64,000 bases of DNA from NCBI RefSeq assembly GCF_009914755.1, contig NC_060926.1, one strand, 5' to 3'. This stretch comes from the human T2T-CHM13v2.0 reference genome, Homo sapiens. The notes under the pieces were generated by a model, which was not told where the DNA came from, made no database searches, and saw only the letters and a program-made list of their open reading frames with translations. A program made the position numbers and the translations under genes. This document shows positions 1-13,595 of the stretch, one piece after another. The stretch's first letter is position 1; each line of letters opens with the position of its first letter.

Positions 1-321
1 ATTACATGGAGAAAACTGTTGAATCTTTTAGAATGCTTTAAAAAATGCAGGCTTTCTAAATTTGCTGCAGTTGAGGGAGGAGATTTGAAAGCCCTGAGCC
101 AGTCATGACTGTGATGAGCGTCATTAAAATAGCAATCTTTTTTTGGAAGCTCATCTTGTCCCAAGTAAGTGTGATTTAGGAATATGGGAACACCTGTTCC
201 CCGGTGGCAGTTTTTACCTCAATGTTCTATTATCTATGATGACTGAGCTCTAGAGAAAGATATGGATACTAAGAGTGAAATATCTAATTAAATGATTAAT
301 AAGAATTAAAGGTAAGGGCCT

Positions 322-700
322 TGTATTAGTCTATTCTCACGCTGCTATAAAGGACTGTCCCAGACTGGCTATTTTATAAAGGAAAGAGATTTAATTGACT
401 CAAAGTTCTGCATGGCTGGGGAGACTTCAGGAAACTTACAATCATGGCAGAAAGGGAAGCAAAACACGTCCTTCTTCACATGATGGCAGGAAGGAGAAGT
501 GCTGAGCAAAAGGGGGAAAATCCCCTTATAAAACCATCAGATATCATGAGAACTCACTCACTATCACAAAGACAGCAGCACAGGGGTAGCTGCCCCCATG
601 ATTAAATTACCTCTCACCGGGTCCCTCCCATGACATGTGGGGATTATGGGAACTACAATTCAAGATGAGATTTGGGTGAGGACACAGCCACACCATATCA
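322..700 (-). mobile_element. THE1 (probably THE1C) MaLR solo LTR
   Basis: Starts tgtattagtc and ends ccatatca, the reverse complement of THE1 TGATATGG...GACTAATACA. The body is typical (gaaacttacaatcatggcaga, caattcaagatgagatttgggt). Confidence 0.9.
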
Positions 701-995
701 GAACTCTAGGAAATTGTGTCAGGATCAGGGTCCAGTTCTATGACTATTTTAAATACCACCAGCTGCAAATAACTCATGTCAGTTATATTACAGTCAATAA
801 CTGTTGACCACATACAATAAACACTTATTTCCCTCCATGCTGTGGGCAACTGTTTACCAAGTGTTAGGTGTTGCCTGCTTTTTAGGGTGCAGACAGAAAG
901 CAGAGTGAGCTTCTTGTTGCCCCATAATCCCTGCAAAATGTTTTTCTTCTGGCTTCCCCTCTACTAGCTCACACGGAATTTAGTTTAAGACTACT

Positions 996-1327
<332 letters not shown>

Positions 1328-1659
1328 TCATTCACATACATTTTCTTGAAGCCACAGAGCTATGTCAGACAGACTGGCCAGATAGTTCTTTTTTGACCAC
1401 CTTACCTGCCTAGAGGGAGTAGACATGGAGCTATGACATTAAGGGATGCCTGGTGTGGGCTAGGAAGAAAAAATAGAGTGCAAGTTCCTTGAATAGGGAG
1501 AGGAAGCAATGAAAAAATTAATGAAAAGTAAAGAATTACAGCAATAGCACATGAATTATTTTATCCAAGTATTATTAATAATAATAAAAGTAATAATGAA
1601 TATTTCTAGAAAGTTTACTCTGTATTTGGCTACTGTGGAAAAATGCCATGAATTCAGTA

Positions 1660-1790
1660 TTCAACTAAACCTTCATATCAAGCCTATGAGACAGAGATTG
1701 CCTACTCTACCTGGGCCTGGGAGAGAAAAGTATCTTCCCCAAGTGAGTAGCAGAACTGAAAATAGAATGCAGTCTCTGTGACCCCAGATT
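1660..1790 (-). mobile_element. MIR fragment
   Basis: Degenerate MIR-core-like sequence (cttccccaagtgagtagcagaactgaaaatagaatgcagtctctgtgacccca). Confidence 0.45.
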
Positions 1791-1929
1791 CCTGCCTGTG
1801 CTTCGCAAGTGGTTTTGTTACACCGTGAGGCACATGGACCTTGTTCTGCGAGAAATCTGGAGACATTGGTAGGTTTCCAGTGTGTACGGTAAGTCTCTGG
1901 CTGGCAGCTTACCTTGGTGATTGCCTGGA

Positions 1930-2200
1930 GAGTGGTTTAGAGGTTATTGCGGTTAGACAAAGGATCCTTTATCTCAACAGCCAGGGTAGTAATCAGAGCT
2001 AGAACAAGGATAATGGCAGAGGCAGCACCTGAGGAGTAGATGGATTTAAAATATGTTCGTAATAAAAAAGCTAAAGAACCTGGTGATTAATTGGACTTGT
2101 GGACTGAGGAAGAGAAAGAAATTGAGCATTTCCAAGACCATGGCCTTTGCAGAAAAACATAGGTAGATGCTACTATTTAATTGAAGGTGGCAGAGTTTTG
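1930..2200 (-). mobile_element. L2 fragment
   Basis: Purine-rich antisense-L2 pattern (gagtagatggatttaaaatatgtt...ctggtgattaattggacttgtgg). Confidence 0.55.
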
Positions 2201-2587
2201 AAAGTATTCACATTCAGTCTTCTGGATTACAGCACTGAGCCTGAAGTATCTGTAATTTCTCTTTGGGTGACAGAACATGCTGTCATAACTGTAGGTCATG
2301 TGAATCTAATGGGTTAGGAGTCCCAGAAAATCCTTTAGTAGCAAGCCCAGGATACTTTCTCTGATTTACTTTGTTCCAACGCTTGCTTTATGTTGGGGAT
2401 TGTACAGATTGTTTAACTGACAAAGCAAAGCTTAGACTATTCTTTTCCCAAGAAATGATTTCTTGAGCCACAACAAAGATTGACATAAAAGAAGAGATTG
2501 CCTTTTGTCTAAATTTTGTATTCAGTGAGAATTTTTATTTGCTATTTGCTTGCTACTTTATAATATTTCTATTAGAAAATAGTAAAA

Positions 2588-2899
2588 GGCCAGGTGCGGT
2601 GGCTCACACCTATAATCCCAGCACTTTGGGAGGCTGAAGCGGGCAGACCCGGAGGTCAGGAGATCGAGACCATACTGGCTAACACAGTGAAACCCCGTCT
2701 CTATTAAAAATACAAAAAATTAGCCAGGAGTTTGTCACATGCCTGTAGTCCCAGCTACTCGGGAAGCTGAGGCAGGAGAATCCTTGAACCTGGGAGGCAG
2801 AGGTTGCAGTGAGCTGAGATTGCACCACTGCACTTCAGCCTGGGTGACACAGCGAGATTCCTCCTCAAAAAAAAAAAAAAAGAAAAGAAAAAAAGAAAA
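2588..2899 (+). mobile_element. AluS (AluSc-like)
   Basis: Full Alu with A-rich tail and a perfect 14-bp TSD agaaaatagtaaaa at 2574-2587 and 2900-2913. Confidence 0.93.
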
Positions 2900-3256
2900 A
2901 GAAAATAGTAAAAGTCCATCTTTTAGACTCCCAGAAAGGACGGGAAAAGCGGTCATTGGATGCCATTTCTATCAATCATCTGGGTATAAAAGAGCAAAAA
3001 CAGCAGTGAACCTGGCTGAATTTGGAGAGCTTGATTGGAGACAAACTTCTCTGTCAGCCTCATCTAAGGTGAGGGTGGAAGGTGCACTCTTCTTAGATGA
3101 ATGTCTGGATTCACCGACTGGGTATGATAACATATAATTATCACATAACATTATTTTAAGGAATACTAAGTAGACCTTGCTGGACATATTTTTTCTTTAC
3201 TTAGGTTTGTCTTTTATAGTTGAGAACATTTCACTGATTGACTGATAGAAGTAATC

Positions 3257-3597
3257 TGCTCTTGTGGTTGAATGGTTGTCCCTTCATCATCATTTTGAAA
3301 CTTAATCGCCACTGTAACAGTATTAAAATGTGGGACATTTAAAAGGTGTTTCGAACATGAGGGCTCCCCACTTATGGTTGGGAATGGTGCTTTTATAAAA
3401 CAATGAGTTTATCCCCCTCTTGCTCTCTCTGGCTCTCTGACCTTCCACTATGTGATTCTTTGTGCCATGTAACGGTCTAGCAAGAATGGCCCTTGCCAGA
3501 TGGTGGCCCCTTGAACTGTGAGCCAATGCATTTCTGTTTGCTATAAATTACCCAGTTTGTGATATTCTGTTACAGCAGCACAAAACAGTCTAAGACA
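3257..3597 (+). mobile_element. MST-type (MSTD/MSTB-like) MaLR solo LTR
   Basis: gaaacttaatcgccactgtaacagtatt...catgagggctcc; ends tataaattacccagtttgtgatattctgttacagcagcacaaaacagtctaagaca. Confidence 0.8.
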
Positions 3598-4364
3598 TTT
3601 GATAATCACCTGGAAAAGGGAGACCCCTGTTCCATGCAGCAGCATGGCATGATACTAGCAATGATGGCAAAGGTTTAAAGAAGAAGATTTGGGAAACAAA
3701 GACTTGTCTCATGAAATGGCCATTCTGACTGCAGTGGAGAACTCACTTCTACCTAAGAATATTCTTTTCATTCTGAAGACTGAATAAATCCCACTTCTGC
3801 CATTTTATTAAGAAGTAACCAGAGTTGTGGGGAGAGACGTATGGAAGTACTGTACATTATGCATTTATGCTTCTTTGGATGCTTTTTCCCATAAACTAAA
3901 GTAAGGTCGAAATAGACTTGTATATTCAATGTTTTCATAATATGAGCTCAAACAAGAATTATGAAGGGTGTGGTAATGAAAATGGAATCTGAAGTGTCCT
4001 CATGAGAAAAATGTAGGATTGTTATATATAAACTAGGGCAACGGATAACATATCTCCCCACTTCATGCATCTACATGGTGATGAACTGAAAATGCTTATG
4101 AAAACCTTTTCAATTTGAAACTTCAGTCAGCATAGGAGAAACCCACGGGATTAGAATTGGCTCTTTTCCTGTATTGCTTTAACCAGTTTCCTATTCATAA
4201 AAGGAATAGGTTTATTTTTAAGTCTAGGAATGTAGACATTTGTGATAGAGAGGAAGTGACATTCACTTACTAATTTCTCATTTTATTCAAATAGTGGGTT
4301 TTAGTCTTTTTTAATATTTCACTTTTTTAGGTGCTTATGTTTACTCTGTAGTTTTTAACCATTC

Positions 4365-4470
4365 TGATAATCTTGCAATATATAGGTGAGGAAGATATTT
4401 TGTGCTTTTTTTTTTAACGGGAAAACTGAGATGTAGAAAAAGATAAAAACGTCTTGCCCAAAGTCCAAGT
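4365..4470 (-). mobile_element. MIR core fragment
   Basis: gaaaactgagatgtagaaa...cttgcccaaagtc matches the MIR core. Confidence 0.55.
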
Positions 4471-4764
4471 CAAGAATGTTTGTAAACTATGTATTGTTTA
4501 TTCCGTGGTATAGCTGTATCAAGACTCATTTAACCAGTTACTATATTTGAACATTTTGTTTTCAATTTCTCAGTAGATACTAGAATATAACCATATTCAT
4601 GAATATTTATTGGCTATTTTTAATTGCTTTCTTTTGAATGTTTTTCTACAAATCTTTCTAAATTAAAAAAAGCAATTTAATAAATTTTCAAACACAGATT
4701 TATTAAAGTACTTATATTATTTATAATGAACATCTCCATTCAAAGCTGTGGCCTAGATTGTGAC

Positions 4765-4850
4765 TTTCTTACTATCACCTTGATATTTCCAGACATTACA
4801 CTGTTCCCAGAATATGGCAGATCCTCAATAACCATTTGTTGAATAGTAAT
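4765..4850 (+). mobile_element. L2 3' end
   Basis: ctcaataaccatttgttgaata resembles the L2 terminus. Confidence 0.55.
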
Positions 4851-5529
4851 TAATGTTTATTCTTATTTTAAGGTTTTGGTTACGAATGAGAGTATTTTTA
4901 TCTATCTCTAAAGAAACCAATTTACTTCCTTTCTAGCTTTCTGGACATGGAATACTGTTTTTTCAATTGTAAATTGTTTTGTTAAATATTATAAATGCTA
5001 AATATGAATTCAGGGAATTTTGGCTAATTGAAGTAGTAATCAGATGAGTTATGTTTATCAGAAACATTCCACGTGGTAATTTAATCTCATCATTATAATT
5101 AAGATCATATTGTTACTTTGATTCAAATTCTCCATTCTCTCTGCCCTCATGGCCTTTCGATTTTATTGAATAAATGTTCCTCTGGATAGATATTTGAAAA
5201 GTAGTGTATTTGTTGCCAAGATTTATACTTTAAGAGGTATAAAACTAATTAAACAATTAAAAATTTAATGTCTTTTTCATTTTAGAGAGCAACAATAAAA
5301 TAAACAGATTCAATCATCTGAGACATCAATAAGAAAAAATATTGTATTGTATTATCTTGCTGTAGAGCGTACCACTCACCAATATTTCCAATGCTATCTT
5401 TGGCCATGTTGGATTTCCCAGGGGAGATAAATTTATTAGCATTTTTATGGTCACATTTTGTAATTACTGGTAGCCTTCTTCCTTCCGTGCTAAGAACTAA
5501 CTGCAGTTTTCTCATACAGATTTTTCCTC

Positions 5530-7500
5530 ATATTTTTTTGTTGCAGTAAAGCTTATATACAATGAAATCCACACGTTAGATATACAATATGGTAGATTTT
5601 GACAAATACATGCACCTATATAACCAATATCCCGGTCAAGATACAGAACATTTCAATGGCTGCCAAAAGCTCCTTCCTATCGTCTGTCTAGTCAATCTCT
5701 GCCACTCAAAGGCAATAGTCTATTGTTTGTTCATTGTTGAATATATATCAAATTTGTTTATCCATTCTCTCTTAATGGTCATTTAGGCTGCTTCCAATGT
5801 TTTGGCTATAATGAGTAAGAGAACCATAAATCTTCTTATACATGTCTTTCTTGTAGAAGTAAGTTTTAATATCTCTTGCATATATAACTAAGACTGGAAT
5901 TGCTGAGTCAGAGACTAGATGTATGGTTAACTTTAGAAGAACTTGCCAAAGAGTTTTCCAATGTGGTTGTACCATTTTATGCTCTTTGCAGCAATGTGTA
6001 GGAATTCTAGTCACTCCAAAGGCTAGCAAACACTTGGTATTATGAGTCTTAAAAAAAAGTCTTAGGCATTTTAGTGATTGTGAAGTTGTATCTCATTGAA
6101 GTTTTACTTTGTATTTCTCTAATGACTAGTGATGTTTATTATCTTTTCATGAACTTGTTGGTCATTCGCATATCTTCTTTTTAAAAAACTGTCTGCTCAA
6201 GTCTTTCACTTAATTTTTCACCTTTTTTTTGCCTTTTTCAGGGCCATATGTATACATGTAGTGCAAATGTTGTCTCTCATTTTGTAGTTTGTGTATTAAT
6301 TTACTTAACAATATATTTTGATGAGCAGTATTTTAATTTTTTATGAAGTCCAATTTTTTTATGGACAGTATGTTTCATATCCTCTTTAGGTAAGCTATCT
6401 ACTCCAAGGTCAGAAAGATGTTCTACTATGTTTTCTTCTAACAACTTTATGGTCTGAGTTTCCTGTTTATATGGATATTATATCTCAAATTATTTTCTGT
6501 GTATGCTGAGAGTAGGAATTGAGACTTGTTTTTTTTCCCTTATATATTTACTCAGTTGTCAAATCACCATTTGTTTAAAAGACTTTCCTTTCCTTATTGA
6601 ATTTACTTGGTGCCTTTGCTGAAATTCATTTGAACAGGAGGTCTATTTCTAGACTCTTTATTCTATTCTTACAATTGTCTATTCTAATGTCAACACCACA
6701 CAGTCCTGATTATGATAGCTTTATAGTAAATCTTGAATGTAGACAGTGGGAGTCCTCCAACTTTGTTTCTCTTTTTAAAGATTATTTGACTATCCTATAT
6801 TCTTAAATTTTTACATAAATTATAGAATCAGTGTGTCTTTTCTTCAAGAAAGCCTCCTGGAGTTTTGAGAGTGATTGCATTGAATCTATATATCAATTTA
6901 AGGAGAATAGATATCTTAGCAGTACTGAGTCTTTCAATGCTGTTTTAATTCTTTTTTAATTTTTCTTTCAGTCATGTTTTTTAGCTTTCCATGTAGATAT
7001 TTTGGACATATTTTATTAATTTCTAAAAATGATATTTTTGATGTAAAGAGATTTTTTCTAAAATGTATTTCTTATTGTTTGTTGCTAGTTCTTAGAAACA
7101 TAATTGATTTTATACATTGATTTTGTGTCCTCTGATCTTAGTAAATCCACATATTAGTTTTCTGTAGATTCCTTAAGGCTTTCCATGTAAACAAACATGT
7201 TATTTTCAAATAATAATGGTTTTACTTCTCTTTTATACTGTATGCCTTTTACCTTTTGTTTTTTGGCCATTTCATTGTACAGGCTAGGAGTTTTAGTAAA
7301 ATGTTTAACAGAAATGGTTAGAGTGGATATGACCCATGTCTTTCAAATACTAGTAGAAGAGTGTTCAGTCACTATGAAATATAATTCTAGCAGTAGGCTT
7401 TTCATTTGTGCACTTATAATGTTAAGAAAATTTTCTTTCATTTTTAGCTTGCTGAGAGCTTTTGTAATTTGTTGAAATGATCATATGGTTTCACTATTTT
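5530..7500 (-). mobile_element. Old L1M (L1MC/MD/ME class) 3' UTR and ORF2 remnant
   Basis: Antisense L1M 3' end (ttttgacaaatacatgcacc, ggaattgctgagtca). ORF 5772..6029 translates to an L1 ORF2 C-terminal remnant (MVQPHWKTLWQVLLKL). Confidence 0.85.
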
Positions 7501-8254
7501 TTTTAATTCCAACATTCTCCAGAACTACACAGCCTTCATCCTCACCCTCTAGCTCTCAGCTCCTTAGCAGGCATCTTTGCAATGCCTCATGCAGTTCTAC
7601 CTTTCAAGTGCCCAACTCAGTCCCAGCTAAGTACCTGCAGTGACTATCCCTGTACACTTCTGTTCCCACTCCCACTCTGTATAGCTTCTCTTCTTCAGTG
7701 TCCTATCTTGCAAATTACAGCCCCTTCCACATTTAAGTACTTCTTTCTCTACTGCTTTAGCTCTGGGAGACACTCTGGCCCTTTGCTGGGTCAGTGGTAG
7801 CAAAATGCCCCAGGCAGAATGGTAGAGCAGTCTTGGGGCTCACTTCGTGTGTTTCTTTTTTCTCCAGGATCACAGCCCAGGACTGTGATCATGAAAAAAA
7901 TAAAAGTCAAGAATATTTTTCAATGCCTTTCAAGAATACAACCATTAGTGGAAGAGGGTGTCAAAGAGAAAAGAATATATAGAAGAGAAAAGTGGGCCCC
8001 ACACATTTAAAAGAAGTGATCATATGGAAAAATATGATGCTTAATTACTTCCTATGATATAATGCACATATTATAGGCATGTTGCAGTTTGTAACAGTTC
8101 TACTTGATCATCTCTGTGTTGTGTAGTAATTTTAAAATTGCAGAATTTATCATATGTGGTTTATGAAAGTGATGTTATATTGTGGGAAACACTCAGTATA
8201 AGAAAAATTACTACTGGTCTTAGAAGCAAATAAACATGACTCTAAGGAGTTGCC

Positions 8255-8420
8255 AACATGCTGAATTTTCATGTTCTCATCTATTAAATGAAGATACTAT
8301 TATTTGACTGTCAATATTGGTGTGAGTAATCCAGGTAATGTTTGTAAAACACTCAGCATCAAGCTTTATCTGGAATTTAGCAGGAGATCGTTAGATGATA
8401 CTGATGATAATGATGGTGAT
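8255..8420 (+). mobile_element. MIR fragment
   Basis: ttctcatctattaaatgaagatac...aatgtttgtaaaacactcagca resembles the MIR 3' half. Confidence 0.55.
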
Positions 8421-11224
8421 GAAACACAAATATTTTATCTTACGAGCTAAAAAACAGTGATCTTTCTGGGGGTATCTGCTCTAAGAAAGGATCAGTAACT
8501 TATTTACAGTTTTCCTGGCACTGCCTGAGACCGGCTGGTAAAAATGTTATCTGGATGAGATCCATGGAAATCTGTTTAACTCTGCTTCTGGCCTTTTTAA
8601 TCAATTCATCATGGAAAGTGCTTTATGGAAAGCAGCAAGTACTGTCATTACCCTACTGCACAATCCTTCTTTCATATTTTGATTCCATAAATGTCACGTA
8701 TTTGATGACTTTAAAAGTAATCTTTATGGGAAGTGCATTGCTTAATATACAGTAGTGAAGAAGTCCCTCCTCCCTCCCCAAAGAATCCTACGTTTATGGT
8801 GAGGGTGGAAAAAAATAAATAGAATGCTCTGTAAGGCAACAAAATTCAAAGCTGAGGGATGAATAGTTCTAGATAAGTGAGATAATTAGAACAATTAGAA
8901 ACAAATGCAGAATAATTGCATATTTCTTTTAGCTATTCATACAGTGAAAGTTCTGGGGCAAGAACTATGCTTTACATGTGCTAGCTTCAGCATTGGGTGC
9001 ACTATTGGCACTAAAAAACAAAAAGAGGTTGCAAGTAAATTTTGCTATTATTTCCAAGGAAAATTCACTTGGAAAAGGGCATTGCACTTCACATAGCTTA
9101 ATAACGGATTATAATTTCTAAAACATTCAAAAGCTAATTTATAAATCTTTAATTTATCCCAATAAAACAAAAAAAAACTATTGTTCTGAATCAAGTTGTT
9201 TATGTGATCTATGTGATCTAGATTTTCGGCAGACTTTTTACATGTGATGCATCACACAATAGGAAAATAAATGAAGGTAAAATATTGTATGTGTGTATAT
9301 GTCTGTCTATGTATCAGTAATTTATATAGGATAGTTTATTTAACACATTCTTCCAAAATGATTTCAAATGGATTACTAAAAAAAGTTATAAGTAGAATTC
9401 AATAAAAAAAACTTGACTAAACTCAGGCAAATGGAAAGTGAAAATAATATATTTTGTCTTTATATTTGCTAAGATAATTAAGTGAGATGACTTAAACAAT
9501 TAGAAAACGCTGTGAATTAACCTTTGAGTATGAAAGTATTTAAGAAACTCACCTAAACATAAGAAAAGTTTCAAGTCAGAACAATATGATGTCCTATATG
9601 AGAAATCAAGAGCAATCTGCAGGAGAGATAGTGTGGATGGACCTAGCCAGAAGAGAATAGGAAAGCTGGGTGTGTGATCCTCAGAAAAAAGACCCCCAAG
9701 AAGTAGTTCAGGCTCAATTGAAAGGAGAAAAATGAGCAGTGTAAATTTCTGGGGGAAGGGTGTCCAAATTACTTAAAAAATGTGGGGTCTAATTTTTGTT
9801 TTAAGATTATTTTTCTGTTTTGAGCAGCAAAGTAGGCCTCTAGTTTATTCCTGAAACCTAAGCAAAAGTTCACTAAATGCTGCAACTGCATTATTGATGT
9901 TTTGCTTAAAAAATTAAGGGAGAGGGCCAGTACCTCTGCAAAGGGTGAAGTGGAGTGGGCACCAAGAGTCAACCTGAGAAGAGGCAACTGAACCTAAAGG
10001 CACAAATGACCAGGAGAATGTAAGCCTTCACATTACTCACCCGGGAAGCCATCCTCAGATATCTGAAGAAATGTGTCAAACTTCCCAAACACATGTGGAG
10101 TGGTCTTGAGCTATTTAGTTGGATTTTAAAGGTACAGATGAACTAGAATCTGCAGTTTTTAGACACAGTTTTTTATGTCACTTATTATACAACAACAACA
10201 ACTATAATATAAATGAAGTAATAACATTTAAGCAACCTACATTTTTTGTTTCACTGAAGCATAGAGAGATACCGTAAAGGATTGTTTTAAAAAATGTGTA
10301 TTTGTTTTACATACATTAACCAAAGACAATTATATCATTTAAGGCAAATTATTAAGGAATATATAAGTTTTATTAAATTATGTAGTTGTTTATCTGTAAA
10401 TGGATACACAAAAAATATGTTAGGTGGGTTGCTTCTATTAGGTTGGTTATGGATTCTTCTTACAATATCATTTATGCCAATAAATATTTTGGCAAATAAA
10501 GAGGAGAAATAATTATCTGCAGCTAGTTGTTTGCATGGTTTTATATGTATAATTGATGGTATACATATAAATCGTTAGATATCAACTGGTTTCATAGAAA
10601 AATAATATTAACTGATTAGGTTTGGGAAATCCAAGTCAATGGGAAATTTTACCAGTGAATGACTACAACATAAGCTCCTTTGGAGCCTAGCTGAGTAAAA
10701 TTAGCCTGCAATGTTTTTTAAGCAACAGTTACTATGCAGGTGCTAAAGGCATTTATTGTCTTTTAGAAAAAGAAAAAAAAAAAAACATGCACTTCAATAT
10801 TTCAAATTTCTTGAAAATGCCAAATGGCAATTAGGCCATGTTTTGAGCTAATCCCTTGCCAAAATTAACATTTTAACTTAGATATGCCCTATGAGAGAAG
10901 CAACCCACGCCAGTAAATATTGGTTTTAATATTTATGAAAATGAATCTGGCTAAAACAATCGTTTTGATTTACAAAAAATTCCCTTTTCACATTGATCAG
11001 CCAAATCCCATCTCAGCTTGTGTTATCAGTCAAATTTTAAACTATAATTCAAATGTTAAAATACACCAACTGTCTCAAATTTAATTTGTAGCTTATTCAA
11101 TAAAATTAGTCAAATATCAACTTTCTCTTAAAGTAAATAATGCCACAGAAACCGCTATTTTTATAATGATTACTACCTGGCATAGTAATTGTGGAAAATA
11201 TCTGCATGGTACCATGGTAGGAAG

Positions 11225-11770
11225 TGTGATGTTTGATACTGAGTGTCAAGTTGATTGGATTGAAGGATACAAAGTATTGATCCTGGGTGTGTCTTTGAGG
11301 GTGTTGCCAAAGGAGATTAACATTTGAGTCAGTGGGCTGGGGAAGGCAGACCCAACCTTAATCTAGTGGGCACAATCTAATCAGCTGCCAGCGAATATAA
11401 AGCAGGCAGAAAAAATGTGAAAAGTGAGAGATGGGCCTAGCCTCCCAGCCTACATCTTTCTCCCGTGCTGGATGCTTCCTGCCCTCGAACATCGGACTCC
11501 AAGTTCTTCAGTTTTGGGACTCAGAATGGCTCTCTTTGCTCCTCAGCTTGCAGACAGCTTATTGTGGGACCTTGTGATCATGTAAGTTAATACTTAATAA
11601 ATTCCCCATATATATATATCTTACTATATATCTTCTTAGTCCTATTTTATATTCATATATATAAATATATATATCCTATTAGTTCTGTCCCTCTAAGAGT
11701 ACCCTGACTAATATAATAATGATATACCCTATTATTTCTGTCCCTCTAAGAACCCTGACTAATTCTGTAT
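11225..11770 (+). mobile_element. MLT2A1 (HERV-L) solo LTR with duplicated 3' end
   Basis: tgtgatg...tactgagtgtcaagttgattggattgaaggatacaaagtattgatcctgggtgtgtc; short MLT2A1-type body; terminal tcctattagttctgtccctctaag..accctgactaat present twice. Confidence 0.9.
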
Positions 11771-11819
11771 TAACAGAAGAGTGTCAAATTTTGACTCACT
11801 TTTGGTGACAGAATAAACA

Positions 11820-12075
11820 ATGTGGCTGAGTCAGCAGCACAGGTTTAAACATCAGGCAGATTAAAGATCAAATCACGTCTTCACTTGTGAGCCTTTGGTG
11901 GAGTCATTTAACCTTACATGCTTCTGCTTTCTCAAATAAAAAATAGGAATTAAATAGCCTTCATCCAGGGTGAATGTGGGAGTGAGATATATATATATAT
12001 ATATATATCTCAAATACACAAACATACCTATCTATAATATCTGACACATAGTAAGCCCTTAATACGGAGGCTTAT
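11820..12075 (+). mobile_element. MIR with internal (TA)n
   Basis: agtcatttaacctt...tttctcaaataaaaaatagga...ctgacacatagtaagcccttaata. Confidence 0.65.
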
Positions 12076-13530
12076 TGAGTTAATAACTCGTATACATAAA
12101 GTAGTCTGACTTTTTAAATATTTCTTTTCTTCATTCTAATGACACATTTTTAATTTTTAATGAGTGTGACCAATACTTATGATTGATCCATATAAGAAAC
12201 AATAATTGTCATAAATTTATTACAGTGTTTTCAGGAAAATTTTGCCTGTTATTTTCACATTTTATGACTAACTAGCCAAATAGAAAGGCTAGCACATTTA
12301 TATATTATATAGATATTATTTTAAAATGTAGCAATATGCAAAATGTAGTTTAGTAAATTTGCCAAAAACCTAACCTATTAATTTTGGATGGTAAAATATG
12401 GGTAGTTATTAGGTTATTCTTTGTTCTTTTTAGAATTAAAAAAATTATTCAAAAATAAAAATCCCCCAAATTTTAAAGTGTTTAATTTTGTCTTGATGTC
12501 TTTTAGTGCTACAGGTGGCCAATAGTTGGGTTCTTTTTTGTTGCTTTTGTTTTGTTTTGTCTTAGTATCTTCAAAAGGCTGATTCTTATACTTTGTATGG
12601 GTGCTGCTAAATTCACGTGACGCTAAATATTCTTTGAAATCAAGAAACTGACCCACAAATTTGTCTCTGAGAAAATAAGACAAATGGAAAATAATGTTTC
12701 TTGAAGAGTTAGAGACATGAATATATTTGAACACTTCTTGGAAGGTGTGGGACAGAGTGTGAGGCCACTGGGACACTGGTATCAGTATAAGCCCCAGCAA
12801 GCTGGCCACGAGAAGTTATATGGGACAAGGAAGGATGCAGAGGCTGCAAGAGGAATGCTTTGATTTTCCTGCTTTCACAGAAGATGCCCTGCTTGATATT
12901 ATCCTTGTCTATTATTTCTAAGGGCTGAAAAAGGGAGAGATGTGTATCCAATTTAAGGTCATCTGAAAAATACAGGAAGGCAACGATGCTCAGTTGTCTT
13001 GGTACTAGTTGTAAGTTAAATTTGACTTCTGATATTACCTCTCTGTAACAAATCTGCTCATAGATATGGAATGATGATAAGTACATGTGGAAAAAACAAA
13101 ATAAAAACATTAATGAGATCTCACTTCTTTAGTCTTTCATCACAAATTTTAAGAGACATAAAAAGTAACTAATTTTTAATTAACTACAATAAGCCAGACA
13201 AAGGGGATTGGCACATGAAAGAGGTAAAAGATCAAGCTAGAATTCCATACACTTCACCCTAAATATTAGATGTACTCTTTTATGGAAGGTCTGTGGCTTT
13301 AAGAAAACTTTTAAAATGCAGCATGAACCCAAAAAAGCGTCAGTGTGAATTCACCAAATCACACCCCTTTCTGAGAACTTATATATAGATATAAGCTCTA
13401 TTCAGGCTTGGTTTTTATTTTTGACATCACAGTCTATCTTTTTTATTATCAAGAAAATGCCATGAGATTCTGAGAGAACTTTTCAAAGCTAGCAAAGTGA
13501 AAATGTTTAGGACCTAAATGTTTCCTAATG

Positions 13531-13595
13531 AAACAAACAAACAAACCAAAAAAACAAAAAAACAACCAAACAACCAAACAACAGCAAAAACAAAA
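13531..13595 (+). repeat. (CAAA)n-like A-rich simple repeat
   Basis: aaacaaacaaacaaaccaaaaaaacaaaaaaacaaccaaacaacc. Confidence 0.7.

Noticed and set aside
9243-9256. 14-bp perfect palindrome tgtgatgcatcaca
   Set aside because: A short palindrome like this is plausible by chance in 64 kb and has no supporting context.
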